Assembly (NCBI GenBank): GCA_963829155.1
Contig: CAWHIA010000006.1
Coordinates: 179,161 to 243,160, forward strand
DNA: 64,000 bases
Reading direction: 5' to 3'
From: an uncultured Chloroflexia bacterium
GTDB lineage: Bacteria; Chloroflexota; Limnocylindria; Limnocylindrales; CSP1-4
The notes under the pieces are model-generated. The model saw nothing but the letters and a program-made list of their open reading frames with translations. It searched no databases and was not told where the DNA came from. The position numbers were made by a program, and so were the translations under genes. The number at the start of each line of letters is the position of its first letter. The stretch's first letter is position 1. This document shows, piece after piece, positions 17,226 to 29,310 of this stretch.

Positions 17226-19998
17226 ATGACCACCCCCTCCCCGGCCCCGGCGCGACCCGGCAGGCCGCGCCCACGGCGTCGCGGGATCGGTCCCGCGGCC
17301 ACGATGGGACTGGTCCTGTTCGGCGTCCTCGTGGTCGGCGGCCTCGTCGGTGCCGGCGTCGCCCTCGCGACCTACGCATCGATCAGCCAGCGACCTGCCG
17401 CCACCGACGGAAGCTGGAGGAGATCCAGCTGCCCGAGCAGTCGGTCGATCTACGACCGGACCGGCCAGGTCGAGCTGGCCCGGTTCGGCGAGTTCAACCG
17501 CGACGTCGTGACCTTCGACCAGATCCCGCCGGTGCTGGTCGACGCCACCACGGCCGTCGAGGACGGCACGTTCTGGGACAACGCGGGCTTCGACACGATC
17601 GGCATCATCGCGGCCGGCATCGATTCCCTCCGCGGCGCGCCGCGCGGCGCCTCGACCATCACCCAGCAGCTGGTCCGCCAGCGGCTGCTCACCGAGAACG
17701 GCACGGCGCAGACGGACCTGTCGGCGACCCGCAAGCTGCGCGAGATCATCCAGTCGATCCGCGTCACCGAGGCCTACCACGGCGTCGAGGGCAAGCAGCG
17801 GATCATGGCCGCCTACCTCAACCAGAACTACTACGGCAACGAGTCGTACGGCGTCGCCGCAGCCGCGAAGGGCTACTTCGGCATCGACGAGGCGCACCTC
17901 AAGACGGACCTGACGCTCGCGCAGGCGGCGATCATCGCGGCGCTGCCCAAGTCCCCGTCGTCGTACGACCTCGTGCAGAACGCCATCATCGAATGCCTCG
18001 ACCCCGGGGCCGAGACGTCGGACGCCGAGACCTGCACCAAGTCCCAGCTGGTGGTCCCGCCCGACGCGCCGATCGTGCTGCGCCGCAACCTGGTGCTCGA
18101 CCTGATGGAGAAGGGCCGCACGCCGCTGACCGGGGGCGAGTTCACGGCGGCCGACTTCGACGCCGCACGCGCGGCGCCGGTGGTGCTCGTGGCGCAGGTC
18201 GTCCAACCAGTGGAAGGCGCCCCAGTTCGTGTGGCAGGTCCGCAAGGAGCTGACGACGAAGCTGTGCGGTCCCGACGCCGAGACCTGCGACCAGATCGAG
18301 GCCGGCGGCCTGTCGGTGACGACGACGCTGGACATGCGCCTCCAGGACGTCGCCGAGAAGTGGGTCAAGGCGGCGACGGTCGTCCCCAACTCGAAGAACC
18401 CGCGGGTCACGGCCAAGGCGCTCGGCCTCCCCTACCAGCGCTGGATGGACAGCCTGCGCAGCCACGACCTCCACAACGGGGCGCTCGTCGCGATGGACTA
18501 CGAGACGGGCGACGTCGTCGCGTACATCGGCTCGGCGGACCCGAACGGCCAGAAGGCGACGAAGAAGTTCCAGCCCCGGTTCGACGTCCTCGCCAACGGC
18601 TGGCGCCAGCCGGGTTCGGCGTTCAAGCCCGTCGTGTACTCCACGGGCATCGCGAACAAGAGCATCACGGCGGCGTCGATGTTCATGGATGTCGTCACCA
18701 ACTTCGGCGGCGGCTATACGCCGACCGACGCGGACAACCTCGAGCGCGGGCCCGTCCGGATGCGCGACGCCCTCAGCTTCTCGCTGAACATCCCGGCCGT
18801 GAAGGCCGGCACCGTGATCGGCAACGACGCGATCCAGGCGCAGGCAGAGGCGATGGGAATCCAGTTCCAGAATGCGCGCGTCGACGCAGGCGCCGCGTTC
18901 CCCCTCGGGGTCGAAGTCGTGCACCCGCTCGACCTGGTCCGCGCGTACGGCACCATCGGCGACCGGGGCCGGCTCGTGGAGCAGACCACGATCCGCACGG
19001 TCACCGACAACACCGGCACCGTCGTGATCGAAGAGAGCCAGCGCCCCAAGCCGGCCGACGCGCTCGACCCGGGCGCGGCCTACATCATGACCGACATCCT
19101 CGCGGGCAACACGAACCCGCGGAAGAACCCGTTCTGGGGCCAGTTCGCGATCAGCGACGGCGGCGTGCGCCGCCCGGCCACCCTCAAGACCGGCACCAGC
19201 AACGAGGCTCGCGACCTCAACGCCTACGGCTTCATCGCCGCCCCCGACGACCGCGGCCGCAAGGACGACGAGTACGCGCTGGTCGTCGGCGCGTGGAACG
19301 GCAACTCCGACAACTCGCTGGTCAGCGGCCGGGGGGGGCCGCTGTTCTCGATCGACGTCACCACGTACGTGTGGCAGGGCTTCATGGAGGAGGCCACCAA
19401 GGGCTGGAAGATCAACGCCTTCAAGGCGCCCAACAACCTCGAGCGCGCGTCGGTCGACCCATGGACGGGGCTCGCGTCGTCGAGCCGCAACGCCGTCGTC
19501 GAGCTGTTCCTGCCGGGCACCGCTCCCAAAGGCGTCCTCCCCCCGGAGGCGCGCTGCGGCGAGGCGGTCCTGACCAACGCCGGGTTCGAGGACGAGCACG
19601 CGTCGTGGATGGCCGCCAACCAGGGGTGGCTGGCTCGGGCCCGACGCGGCCCGGGCAGGATCGGCGGGCCGGAGAACACTGCGACCGCGTACTTCTACAA
19701 CCCGGTGTTCAACCCGTACGGCCGGTCGTGGGGACCGCTGCTGGATGACGCGGGCTGCAAGCCGGCCGAGAGCCCGTCCCCGTCCATCGACCCGTGCGCC
19801 TCGATCGTGGGCGTCATCGACCCGTCGGCCGAACCCGTGGTCTGCCCGTCGCCCTCCGAGTCGACCGCGCCGACCCAGGCGCCGACCGAGCCGCCCACGG
19901 AGGCGCCCACCGAGCCGCCGACGCCCGAGCCGACCCCGGAGCCGACGCCCGAGCCCACCCCAGCCGAGCCGTCCCCCGCCGAGCCCGCCGCGTCCTAG
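17226..19998 (+). CDS. Class A penicillin-binding protein (transglycosylase-transpeptidase), frameshift ~18200
   Basis: TM anchor; AVEDGTFW, GASTITQQL, RKLREI, YLNQNYYGN; QPGSAFKP, SLN, KTGT; Pro/Thr/Glu tail. Confidence 0.92.
19868..19990 (+). repeat. Degenerate 12-bp tandem repeat encoding a PTEP/PTPE tail
   Basis: APTQAPTEPPTEAPTEPPTPEPTPEPTPEPTPAEPSPAEP. Confidence 0.7.
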
Positions 19999-20149
19999 TC
20001 GGGCAGGCGGAACGCCCCGTGAGGCAGGAACCGGCGGTCTCAGCACCTTCTCAGGAATCCGGCCTATGATCCGCCCGGCCGCGAACGGTTCGAGGGACCG
20101 GACGCGAGAGCCTCGTCGACCTGTCACCGTCCATAACGCGGAGATGCAC

Positions 20150-21337
20150 GTGTCGGATCACGTCCCGGACCGGTCTCGCCGGTCCCGAACGGCGGCGAGG
20201 GCCGCCGTCCTGCTCGGCCTCCTGGCCATCGTCGCGCTGCCGCTGGCCCCACTCGCCGCCGCAGCCGGCGGCCTCAGCGTCACCACGCCGTTCCCGGCGG
20301 TCGTCGCCGAGCCCGGTTCCACGGCGACGTTCGCGCTCACCGTCGACGTCCCGAGCGCGATGCGCGTCGACCTCAAGACCGCGGGCGTCCCCTCGGGCTG
20401 GACCGCCCGGTTCCGCGGCGGCGGGCTCACCGTCGACGGCGTCTACGTCGATCCGAAGAACCCGCCCGACCTCACGCTCGACGTCGAGATCCCGGACGCC
20501 GCCACGGCGTCATCGAACACGATCACGATCACCGCGACGGGCGGCGGGCTGACCGCCGTGCTCCCGCTGTCGATCCGTGTCGCGGACGCGGCCGCGGGCA
20601 ACGTCACGCTGAGCACCGACTCGCCCGGCCAGCGCGGCCCGGCGGACACCACGTTCACGTTCAACGTGACGATCCACAACGACACGGCCGCAGAGATCGC
20701 GTTCACGATGGACGCGACGGGACCGGCCGGGTGGACCGTGACGGCCAAGCCGTCCGGCCAGGCCCAGGCCACGAGCGTCAGCGTCAAGCCGAGCAGCACG
20801 GGCGAGATGGCGGTCACCGCGACGCCGGCGTCGGACGTCACCGCCGGCGACTTCCCGCTGCAAGCGAGCGTCAACGGCGGCGGCAAGACGGCCTCGATCG
20901 ACCTCGGCGTGACCATCACCGGGACCTACACGCTGAGCCTGTCCACGCCCGACCAGGTGCTGTCGACGTCGGCGAACGCCGGTTCGGTGAAGGACTTCCA
21001 GCTCACGGTGACCAACGAGGGCACCGCGCCGCTGACGAACGTCGCCATGTCCGCGAGCGCGCCGACGAGCTGGAAGGTCGAGTTCGACCCGGCCACGATC
21101 CCGTCCGTCGACGCCGGCGCGACCCAGAACGTGACCGCGCACATCACGCCCACCAGCGACGCGATCGCCGGCGACTACGAGATGACGGTGACCGCAAAGG
21201 CGACCGAGGCGTCCGACGACACGACCATCCGCGTCCGCGTGGAGACGCCCCAGTTCTGGTGGATCGTCGGCGTCGTCCTGATCGTGGCCGTGTTCGCCGG
21301 CCTCTACTGGGTCTTCCGGACGTACGGCCGCCGGTAG
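20150..21337 (+). CDS. NEW3/Ig-like repeat surface protein with C-terminal TM anchor
   Basis: Signal peptide; three Ig-like repeats with P.GW and AGD(F/Y) motifs; C-terminal TM followed by RTYGRR; precedes an ABC pair. Confidence 0.8.
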   Translation: MSDHVPDRSRRSRTAARAAVLLGLLAIVALPLAPLAAAAGGLSVTTPFPAVVAEPGSTATFALTVDVPSAMRVDLKTAGVPSGWTARFRGGGLTVDGVYVDPKNPPDLTLDVEIPDAATASSNTITITATGGGLTAVLPLSIRVADAAAGNVTLSTDSPGQRGPADTTFTFNVTIHNDTAAEIAFTMDATGPAGWTVTAKPSGQAQATSVSVKPSSTGEMAVTATPASDVTAGDFPLQASVNGGGKTASIDLGVTITGTYTLSLSTPDQVLSTSANAGSVKDFQLTVTNEGTAPLTNVAMSASAPTSWKVEFDPATIPSVDAGATQNVTAHITPTSDAIAGDYEMTVTAKATEASDDTTIRVRVETPQFWWIVGVVLIVAVFAGLYWVFRTYGRR

Positions 21338-21341
21338 CCCG

Positions 21342-22491
<1,150 letters not shown>

Positions 22492-22508
<17 letters not shown>

Positions 22509-23520
22509 CAGCCAGCGCACCGACGCCACGCGGTCCGCCCGGCGCGCCGAGCGCGCCCCGTCCGGGGGCTGGCGGACGATCGCGGCCAAGGAGTTCGCTG
22601 ACCACCTCGGCAGCGTCCGGTTCTTCGTGCTGCTCATCGTCGTCGCGATCGCCGCGATCGTGCCGATGTACTTCATCTCCACGGACCTCAGCAACTCGGC
22701 GCCCCAGGTGGCCGGCTCCCCCGCCCTGTTCCTCGCGCTGTTCGTCGTCGGGTCGCAGAGCGTCGGCGGGGTGACGACGGTCGCGTTCGCGGCGCTGCTC
22801 GTGCCCCTGGTGGGGATCGCGTTCGGGTTCGACGGCATCAACAGCGAGCGCAGCCAGGGCACGCTGTCCCGGCTGCTCGCCCAGCCGATCCACCGCGACG
22901 ACATCGTCAACGGCAAGTTCGCCGCGGGCATCGCGGTGATCACGGTGATGCTCGCCGCCCTCGTGATCCTCGTGACGGCGCTGGGGATCGTGCGGCTGGG
23001 GATCATCCCCTCGGTCGAGGAGCTGGCCCGGGTCGTGACGTGGCTGCTGGCGACCGTGCTCTACGCGTCGTTCTGGCTCGCCTTCGCGCTCCTGCTGTCG
23101 GTGGTCATCCGCGGCGCGGCCTCGGCGGCGCTGGTCGGCTTCGGCAGCTGGCTGGCCCTGATCCTGTTCGGCCAGTTCCTGCTGCCGATCGCGGCCGGCG
23201 CCCTGTTCCCGGCCAACACCAGCGGCACCGCCAACGACTACTTCGCGTCGACCACGGCCCAGCAGCTGTTCCTGCGCATCTCGCCGGCCACGCTGTACCA
23301 GGACATCGTCACGGCCCTCATGAACCCGACGACCAAGAGCGTGCTCGGCGTCGGCAATCTCGGCCAGTACGTCAGCGCCCAGGAGCAGCTGCCGACGCTG
23401 CTGTCGCTCGACCAGAGCATCCTGCTCGTGTGGCCGCAGATCGTGATCCTCACCGCGCTGACCGTCGCCATGTTCGCGCTCGCATACATCCTGTTCCTGC
23501 GCCAGGAGGTCCGCGCGTAG
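22492..23520 (+). CDS. ABC-2 / NosY-like permease
   Basis: GGAGG RBS; KEFADH, FDGINSERSQGTLSRLLAQPIHRD..NGKF, FLRQEVRA. Confidence 0.88.
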
Positions 23521-23587
23521 GGCGCTCGCGCCCCGCGAACGCACCCGGCGTCATGCGACCGTCACGCGCGACCTCGACACTGGTGCA

Positions 23588-25216
23588 ATGAGCCAGCCCG
23601 CGCCCGCCTCCGCCAGCGCCTCCGGCATCGCCGGTGGCCAGCATGCCTCCACCGTGGCGCTGGCGCCGCGCGGACTCGCCGCGATCGCCGGCGCCGTGTC
23701 CGCGATCGTGGCCCTCGCCGTCGGGGAGTTGGCCGCCGGCCTGATCGTGGGCATCCCCTCCCCGATCGCGGCGGTTGGCGCCGCGGTCATCGACTTCGCG
23801 CCGCCCGGGTCCAAGGACTTCATGGTCTCGCTGTTCGGCACCAGCGACAAGACGGCGCTGACCGTCGTCGTCGTGGCGGCGGTGCTGCTCGTCGGCGTCC
23901 TGGTCGGGCTGATCGCCCGACGCCAGCCGGCGATCGCGATCGCCGTGATCCTCGGGATCGTGGGGGTCGGGCTGCTCGCCTCCCTCCGCCTCGCCGGATC
24001 CGCGACGATGCTGGTCCTCGTGTCCGCGGCCATCCAGGCGGGCGCCGCAGTCTACGTGCTGAACGCGCTGATGGCGTCGGCCATGGCGGCGGGCCAGGCG
24101 GCGCCGACGTCCTCGGGAACGAGGACGGGCGACGCGACGCCGGGCGCCTCGGGTCGCCGGTCGTTCCTGATCCGGGCCGGGATCCTCGGTGGGCTCGCGA
24201 TTGTCGGCGGGGGCCTCGGGCGACGGATGCTGGAGGGTCGCGCGGCCCAGGTGACCGCCGCGGCGATCGAGATCCCGCCCGCCGTCGCTCCCGTGGCACC
24301 GCCCGGACCCGACGCCTCGTTCGACATCGTGGGGCTGACGCCGGTCGTCGTGCCCAACGCCGACTTCTATCGGATCGACACCGCCCTGATCACGCCCGCC
24401 GTCGAGCTGGCCGGCTGGAACCTCCGGGTGTTCGGCATGGTCGACCACGAGGTCACGCTGACGTTCGACGACCTGATGCAGCTGCCGCTGATCGAGCAGT
24501 ACGTGACGATCGCCTGCGTCAGCAACGAGGTCGGCGGGGACCTCGTGGGCAATGCCAAGTGGACGGGCGTGCGGCTGGCCGACGTGCTGGAGATGGCCGG
24601 CGTCCAGCCCGGCGCGACGCAGGTCGTGCCCCGCTCCGTCGACGGCTGGACGGCCGGCTTCCCGACCGCCTGGCTCTCCGATCCCGCCCATCCGCGGGAG
24701 GCGATGATCGCCGTCAAGATGAACGACCAGCCGCTGCCCGCCGAGCACGGCTTCCCGGCCCGGCTCATCGTCCCGGGCCTGTATGGGTACGTGTCGGCAA
24801 CCAAGTGGCTGGCGGAGCTGGAGCTCACGACCTTGGAGGCGTTCGACGCCTACTGGGTGCCGCGCGGCTGGGCGAAGGAGGCGCCGATCCTGACCCAGTC
24901 CCGGATCGACGTCCCGAACGGGAACGTGCAGCCCGGGATCGTCCCGGTCGCCGGCGTGGCGTGGGCGCCCGATCGCGGCATCTCGAAGGTCGAGGTCTCT
25001 GTGGACGGCGGCGACTGGCAGCCGGCGACGCTCGCGACCGAGATCGGGCCGCAGACGTGGGTCCAGTGGAAGTGGGCCTGGCAGGCGGCGCCCGGCAACC
25101 ACGTGCTCGCGGTCCGCGCGACCGACGGCACGGGCGAGACCCAGACGTCCCAGGCATCGCCGCCGCCGCCCGATGGCGCCCGCGGCTACCACCAGATCGC
25201 GGTCCAGGTCGGCTGA
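23588..25216 (+). CDS. Membrane-anchored sulfite-oxidase-family molybdopterin oxidoreductase
   Basis: N-terminal TMs; RRSFL; FYRIDTAL, IACVSNEVGG (Mo Cys), HGFPARLIVPGLYGYVSATKW; dimerisation domain. Confidence 0.9.
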   Translation: MSQPAPASASASGIAGGQHASTVALAPRGLAAIAGAVSAIVALAVGELAAGLIVGIPSPIAAVGAAVIDFAPPGSKDFMVSLFGTSDKTALTVVVVAAVLLVGVLVGLIARRQPAIAIAVILGIVGVGLLASLRLAGSATMLVLVSAAIQAGAAVYVLNALMASAMAAGQAAPTSSGTRTGDATPGASGRRSFLIRAGILGGLAIVGGGLGRRMLEGRAAQVTAAAIEIPPAVAPVAPPGPDASFDIVGLTPVVVPNADFYRIDTALITPAVELAGWNLRVFGMVDHEVTLTFDDLMQLPLIEQYVTIACVSNEVGGDLVGNAKWTGVRLADVLEMAGVQPGATQVVPRSVDGWTAGFPTAWLSDPAHPREAMIAVKMNDQPLPAEHGFPARLIVPGLYGYVSATKWLAELELTTLEAFDAYWVPRGWAKEAPILTQSRIDVPNGNVQPGIVPVAGVAWAPDRGISKVEVSVDGGDWQPATLATEIGPQTWVQWKWAWQAAPGNHVLAVRATDGTGETQTSQASPPPPDGARGYHQIAVQVG

Positions 25217-25297
25217 TCCGATCGCGGCCCGCCGTCCGCGCCCGGCCGGTGGGGCCGACGGAGCCTGCGACCCGCATCCGGTACGCTCTCGATAGGG

Positions 25298-25852
25298 ATG
25301 ACTCGACGCCGCTACCTGTTCGACACACCAGACCGCTTCGTCGCCGGCACCGTCGGCGAACCCGGCAATCGCGCCTTCTTCCTCCAGGCCCGCGACGGCA
25401 CGCGGGTGACCTCGGTCGCCCTCGAGAAGGTCCAGGTCGCCGCGTTGATCCAGCGCCTCGACGAGCTGCTCGACGAGCTGGAGCGCCGCGGGATCGAGGG
25501 GGCCGGCACGGTCGAGACGTTCGACGCCGATCCGGCGCCCCTCGACGAGCCGATCAACGAGGCGTTCCGGGCCGGCACGCTGTCGCTCGGCTGGGACACG
25601 CAGGACGACCTCGTGCTCCTCGAGGCCCGGGAGCAGACCGAGGACGAGGAGGAGGACGAGGAGTTCGACGACGACGCCGATGACGGCCCGGACCTGCTGC
25701 GCGTCCGGATCACGCCGCTGGCGGCGCGGGCGTTCGTCGGCCGCGCGCTGCGGGTGCTCGCCGCGGGCCGCCCGCCATGCCCGCTGTGCGGCCAGCCGCT
25801 CGACCCGCAGGGCCACCTGTGCCCGCGGCGCAACGGCCACCGGCTGAACTAG
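25298..25852 (+). CDS. DUF3090 family protein
   Basis: PDRFVAGTVGEPGNRAFFLQA, GRPPCPLCGQPLDPQGHLCPRRNG. Confidence 0.88.
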   Translation: MTRRRYLFDTPDRFVAGTVGEPGNRAFFLQARDGTRVTSVALEKVQVAALIQRLDELLDELERRGIEGAGTVETFDADPAPLDEPINEAFRAGTLSLGWDTQDDLVLLEAREQTEDEEEDEEFDDDADDGPDLLRVRITPLAARAFVGRALRVLAAGRPPCPLCGQPLDPQGHLCPRRNGHRLN

Positions 25853-25869
25853 GGATCGGCGGCGACGGC

Positions 25870-26712
25870 GTGGACGACGGAGACGAGCTCGATGCCGTTG
25901 ATCTCGATGGCGTCGATGACGAGGGCGAGGACGAGGACGAAGGCACCGCCTCGGTCGACGATCTCGGCCTGCCAATGCCGGTCCTGCCCGAGGCCGTCGC
26001 GCTCGAGCTGCTGACCGAGGGCGACCTGACGGTCGTCGGCCGCCTCTGGGCGTCGACGAACAACGCCCTCCTGTGCCTCGCGACGCGCCGCTGCCCCGAC
26101 CCGGAGCCCGACCTCGTCGCGGCGTGCATCTATAAGCCGGTGATGGGCGAGCGTCCGCTGGACGACTTCCCCGACGGGACGCTCGCCAGGCGCGAGGTCG
26201 CGGCGTTCGCGGTGTCGCAGGCCAGCGGCTGGGGCATCGTCCCGCCGACCGTGCTGCGTGACGGCCCATTCGGCGAGGGCATGGTCCAGCTCTGGATCAA
26301 GGTCGACGGGGCCGTGGACCCAGTGGGCCTGGTGATCGACGAGGACGAGCGCCTTCGGCCGGTCGCGGTGTTCGACGCAGCGGTCAACAACACGGATCGC
26401 AAGGCCGGCCACCTGCTGCCGGTCCCGGGTGGACACGTGTACGGCGTCGACCACGGGGTCACGTTTTCGCCGGTGCCCAAGCTCCGGACCGTCCTCTGGG
26501 CGTGGCGCGGGCTGCCGCTCGCCGAGGCCGAGCTGGAGGTGCTGCGGACGCTCCGCGCCTGCCTCGACGACGACCTCGGCGCCCGGCTGCGGACGCTGCT
26601 GGCGCCGATCGAGGTGGCCGCGACCACCCGCCGGGTCGACCGGCTGATCGAAGGGGGCGTGTTCCCGCAGCCCGACCCACGCCGGCCCGCGCTGCCCTGG
26701 CCGCCCGTCTAG
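25870..26712 (+). CDS. SCO1664 family (PI3/4-kinase-like) protein; start approximate
   Basis: IYKPVMGERPLDDFPDGTLARREVAA, NNTDRKAGH, GVDHG, LRTVLW, PWPPV. Confidence 0.88.
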   Translation: MDDGDELDAVDLDGVDDEGEDEDEGTASVDDLGLPMPVLPEAVALELLTEGDLTVVGRLWASTNNALLCLATRRCPDPEPDLVAACIYKPVMGERPLDDFPDGTLARREVAAFAVSQASGWGIVPPTVLRDGPFGEGMVQLWIKVDGAVDPVGLVIDEDERLRPVAVFDAAVNNTDRKAGHLLPVPGGHVYGVDHGVTFSPVPKLRTVLWAWRGLPLAEAELEVLRTLRACLDDDLGARLRTLLAPIEVAATTRRVDRLIEGGVFPQPDPRRPALPWPPV

Positions 26713-26733
26713 GTCCTCGCCAGGGCCCGGACC

Positions 26734-27123
26734 TCAGAGGCCGGCGCTCTCCGCGTCGTCAGGGTCCGGGTCGTCCGGCGCGTCGGCGCCGAGGAGCGCG
26801 AGCTGGTCGGTCGGCGTCCGGCGTCCACCGCCGGCGTGATCCCTGCGGGAGGCGCCTTCGCCGGCCGTCATCCGGCGGCGGGTCTCGACCTCGACGCGGG
26901 CGGCGTCGCCCTCCGCCGCCGGGTGCTCGACCAGCGCGACGACCCGGCTCGACATGAACCGTCCGGTCCGGACGGGCGTCCCGCCGCGAGTCACCTCGGT
27001 GACCTCGACGACCCCGCGGGCGGTCGTGACCTCCAGCCGGCGGCCGTTGCGGGACGCGACGATCTCGAACGTCTGCGTCCCCTGGCCCGTGTCGACCACG
27101 ACCTCGATCCGATCGCCCTTCAT
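26734..27123 (-). CDS. Hypothetical small beta-rich protein
   Basis: MKGDRIEVVVDTGQGTQTFEIVASRNGRRLEV...; GC3-biased codons; TATCGT -10 upstream. Confidence 0.65.
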   Translation of the reverse strand: MKGDRIEVVVDTGQGTQTFEIVASRNGRRLEVTTARGVVEVTEVTRGGTPVRTGRFMSSRVVALVEHPAAEGDAARVEVETRRRMTAGEGASRRDHAGGGRRTPTDQLALLGADAPDDPDPDDAESAGL

Positions 27124-27398
27124 GGCTGCGCACGATACTCCGCGCGACCTGGCTCGCGCGTGCAAGGAGCCCGTCGCGATGTCCTGCCCCCATCGGCTGA
27201 GTTGACAGTTCGGCCGATCCAAACGATGATTCGTGCATCGCCCGATGACACGCGGCCACCTGGTCGTCGCCGAACACGCGAAACGATCGCCGCGCCGGGC
27301 TCAATTCGATCGCCGCTCCGGCCTCCGTATGAGACCGGCCGTTGGAGCGGCAGGGCGCTTGTCCCAACCCGACGCGCCTGGGAAAGGAATCAACCTTC

Positions 27399-27587
27399 AT
27401 GCTTTCACGCGCCACCACGAATGCCGTGGCGCATCGCGCCAGCTCGATGCGCCGGATGCGGCGCCGGGCCGTTCACTCCAACAAGCTGTATTGCGCCACC
27501 AACGGCTGCACCAGCTACCTCGTCGTCGATGAGCTCGGCGGCGTCGCCTACTGCGAGATCTGCGGCTACACCCGCCGTCTCCACTGA
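27399..27587 (+). CDS. Small basic zinc-ribbon protein (62 aa)
   Basis: GAAAGGAA RBS; CATNGC...CEICG; Arg-rich N-terminus. Confidence 0.7.
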   Translation: MLSRATTNAVAHRASSMRRMRRRAVHSNKLYCATNGCTSYLVVDELGGVAYCEICGYTRRLH

Positions 27588-27721
27588 TCCTCGCCTGATC
27601 GCCTGCGCCGCGGCCCATGTGCGCCGTGGCCCGAGCGACGCGACGGGGACCCACCGGGGCTCCTGACCCCCCATCATCCTCAGCGCAGCGTGCGGCACGG
27701 CCGCGCGGGCGAGGAGGACCG

Positions 27722-29089
27722 ATGACGGGCAGGACCCTGGACCGACTCCGCCTCGAGCGCCTCATGGCCGCCGAGACGGCCGCGTTCGAACGGGCCAACC
27801 CGCGATCGCGGGCGCTGTTCGAGCGCGCCAAGGGCTCCCTGCTCGACGGCGTCCCGATGAACTGGATGATCCGCTGGGCAGGCCCGTACCCGCTGTTCGT
27901 CGACGAGGCGACGGGTGCCCGGTTCCGCGACGTCGACGGCCACGAGTACGTCGACCTCTGCCTCGGCGACACCGGGGCCATGGCAGGCCACGGGCCCTCC
28001 CCCACGATCGCGGCCGTCGAGCGCCAGCTCCGCCGCGGGATCACCCACATGCTGCCCACCGAGGACGCGATCGTCGCCGCCGACGAGCTCCGCCGGCGGT
28101 TCGGGCTCCGATACTGGCAGTTCACCCTCACGGCGACCGACGCCAACCGGTTCGCGATCCGGCTCGCCCGGCACATCACCGGCCGGTCGAAGATCCTCGT
28201 CCACAACCACAACTACCACGGCTCGGTCGACGAGACCTTCGCCTGGATCGCGCCCGACGGCGGGGTCGTCGCCCGGCGCGGCAACCTCGGTGCGCCCGTG
28301 CCGCCGTCGGAGACCACGCGGGTCGTCGAGATCAACGACATCGATGCCCTCGACCGCGAGCTCGCCCACGGCGACGTGGCCGTCGCGCTGATGGAACCGG
28401 CGCTGACCAACGTCGGCATCGTGCTCCCCGACCCCGGCTATCACGACGCTGTCCGCGAGCTGACGCGCCGGCACGGCACGCTCCTGATCATCGACGAGAC
28501 CCACACGATCTGCGCAGGTCCCGGCGGCTACACGGGCGCCTACCGCCTCGAGCCCGACATCCTCACGATCGGCAAGACCATCGGCGGCGGCATCCCCGCG
28601 GGTGCGTACGCGTTCACCGAGGAACTCGGCGAGCGGATCGCGGCCAGCATCCCCGAGGAGGACGCGGACGTGGGCGGCGTCGGCGGGACACTGGCCGGCA
28701 ACGCGCTGTCGATGGCGGCAATTCGGGCGACGCTGACCGAGGTCCTGACCGACGAGGCGTTCGCACGGATGCTGCCGCTGGGCGAGCGCTGGGCCGACGG
28801 CGCCGGCGGCGTCATTCGTGAGCACGATGTCCCGTGGCACGTCGCCCGGCTCGGCGCCCGCGCCGAGTACCACTTCATGCCCACGCCGCCCCGCAACGGC
28901 TCCGAGCAGTGGGCGAACGCCGACCCCGACCTCGAGCGGTTCCTGCACCTCTGGGCGATGAACCGTGGCGTGCTGATGACGCCGTTCCACAACATGGCCC
29001 TGATGTCCCCCGCCACGACCTCGGCCGACGTGGACCGCCACACAGCGGTGTTCGGCGAGGCGGTGGAGGCCCTGTTCGGGCCCGCGTGA
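27722..29089 (+). CDS. Class III PLP aminotransferase (GSA-aminomutase-like)
   Basis: GAGGAGG RBS; DVDGHEYVD, YHGS, IIDETHT, PDILTIGKTIGGG, GTLAGN. Confidence 0.9.
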   Translation: MTGRTLDRLRLERLMAAETAAFERANPRSRALFERAKGSLLDGVPMNWMIRWAGPYPLFVDEATGARFRDVDGHEYVDLCLGDTGAMAGHGPSPTIAAVERQLRRGITHMLPTEDAIVAADELRRRFGLRYWQFTLTATDANRFAIRLARHITGRSKILVHNHNYHGSVDETFAWIAPDGGVVARRGNLGAPVPPSETTRVVEINDIDALDRELAHGDVAVALMEPALTNVGIVLPDPGYHDAVRELTRRHGTLLIIDETHTICAGPGGYTGAYRLEPDILTIGKTIGGGIPAGAYAFTEELGERIAASIPEEDADVGGVGGTLAGNALSMAAIRATLTEVLTDEAFARMLPLGERWADGAGGVIREHDVPWHVARLGARAEYHFMPTPPRNGSEQWANADPDLERFLHLWAMNRGVLMTPFHNMALMSPATTSADVDRHTAVFGEAVEALFGPA

Positions 29090-29289
29090 TGGCCGACGAT
29101 CGGAGGCCGGGCCGGCGGCTGCGGCCGGCGGTGGTGCTCGCGATCGTGCTCGACATCGTCGTGGTCGCCGCGGCGCTCGTCGCCGTCGCCAACGGCTTCT
29201 CGCCGATCGTGCTCGCCTTCGCGGCGATCCTCGCGATGGCCCCCTGGGCCTCGATCATCGACCAGCGCGACGGCCCTGGGCCGCGCTGA
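29089..29289 (+). CDS. Small two-TM membrane protein
   Basis: ATG overlaps the upstream TGA; two hydrophobic segments. Confidence 0.55.
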   Translation: MADDRRPGRRLRPAVVLAIVLDIVVVAAALVAVANGFSPIVLAFAAILAMAPWASIIDQRDGPGPR

Positions 29290-29310
29290 GCCGTCGTCGC
29301 CCGAGGCGGA

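Noticed and set aside
19868-19990. CRISPR-like array
   Set aside because: In-frame Pro/Thr/Glu coding repeats with no unique spacers; no cas genes in the window.
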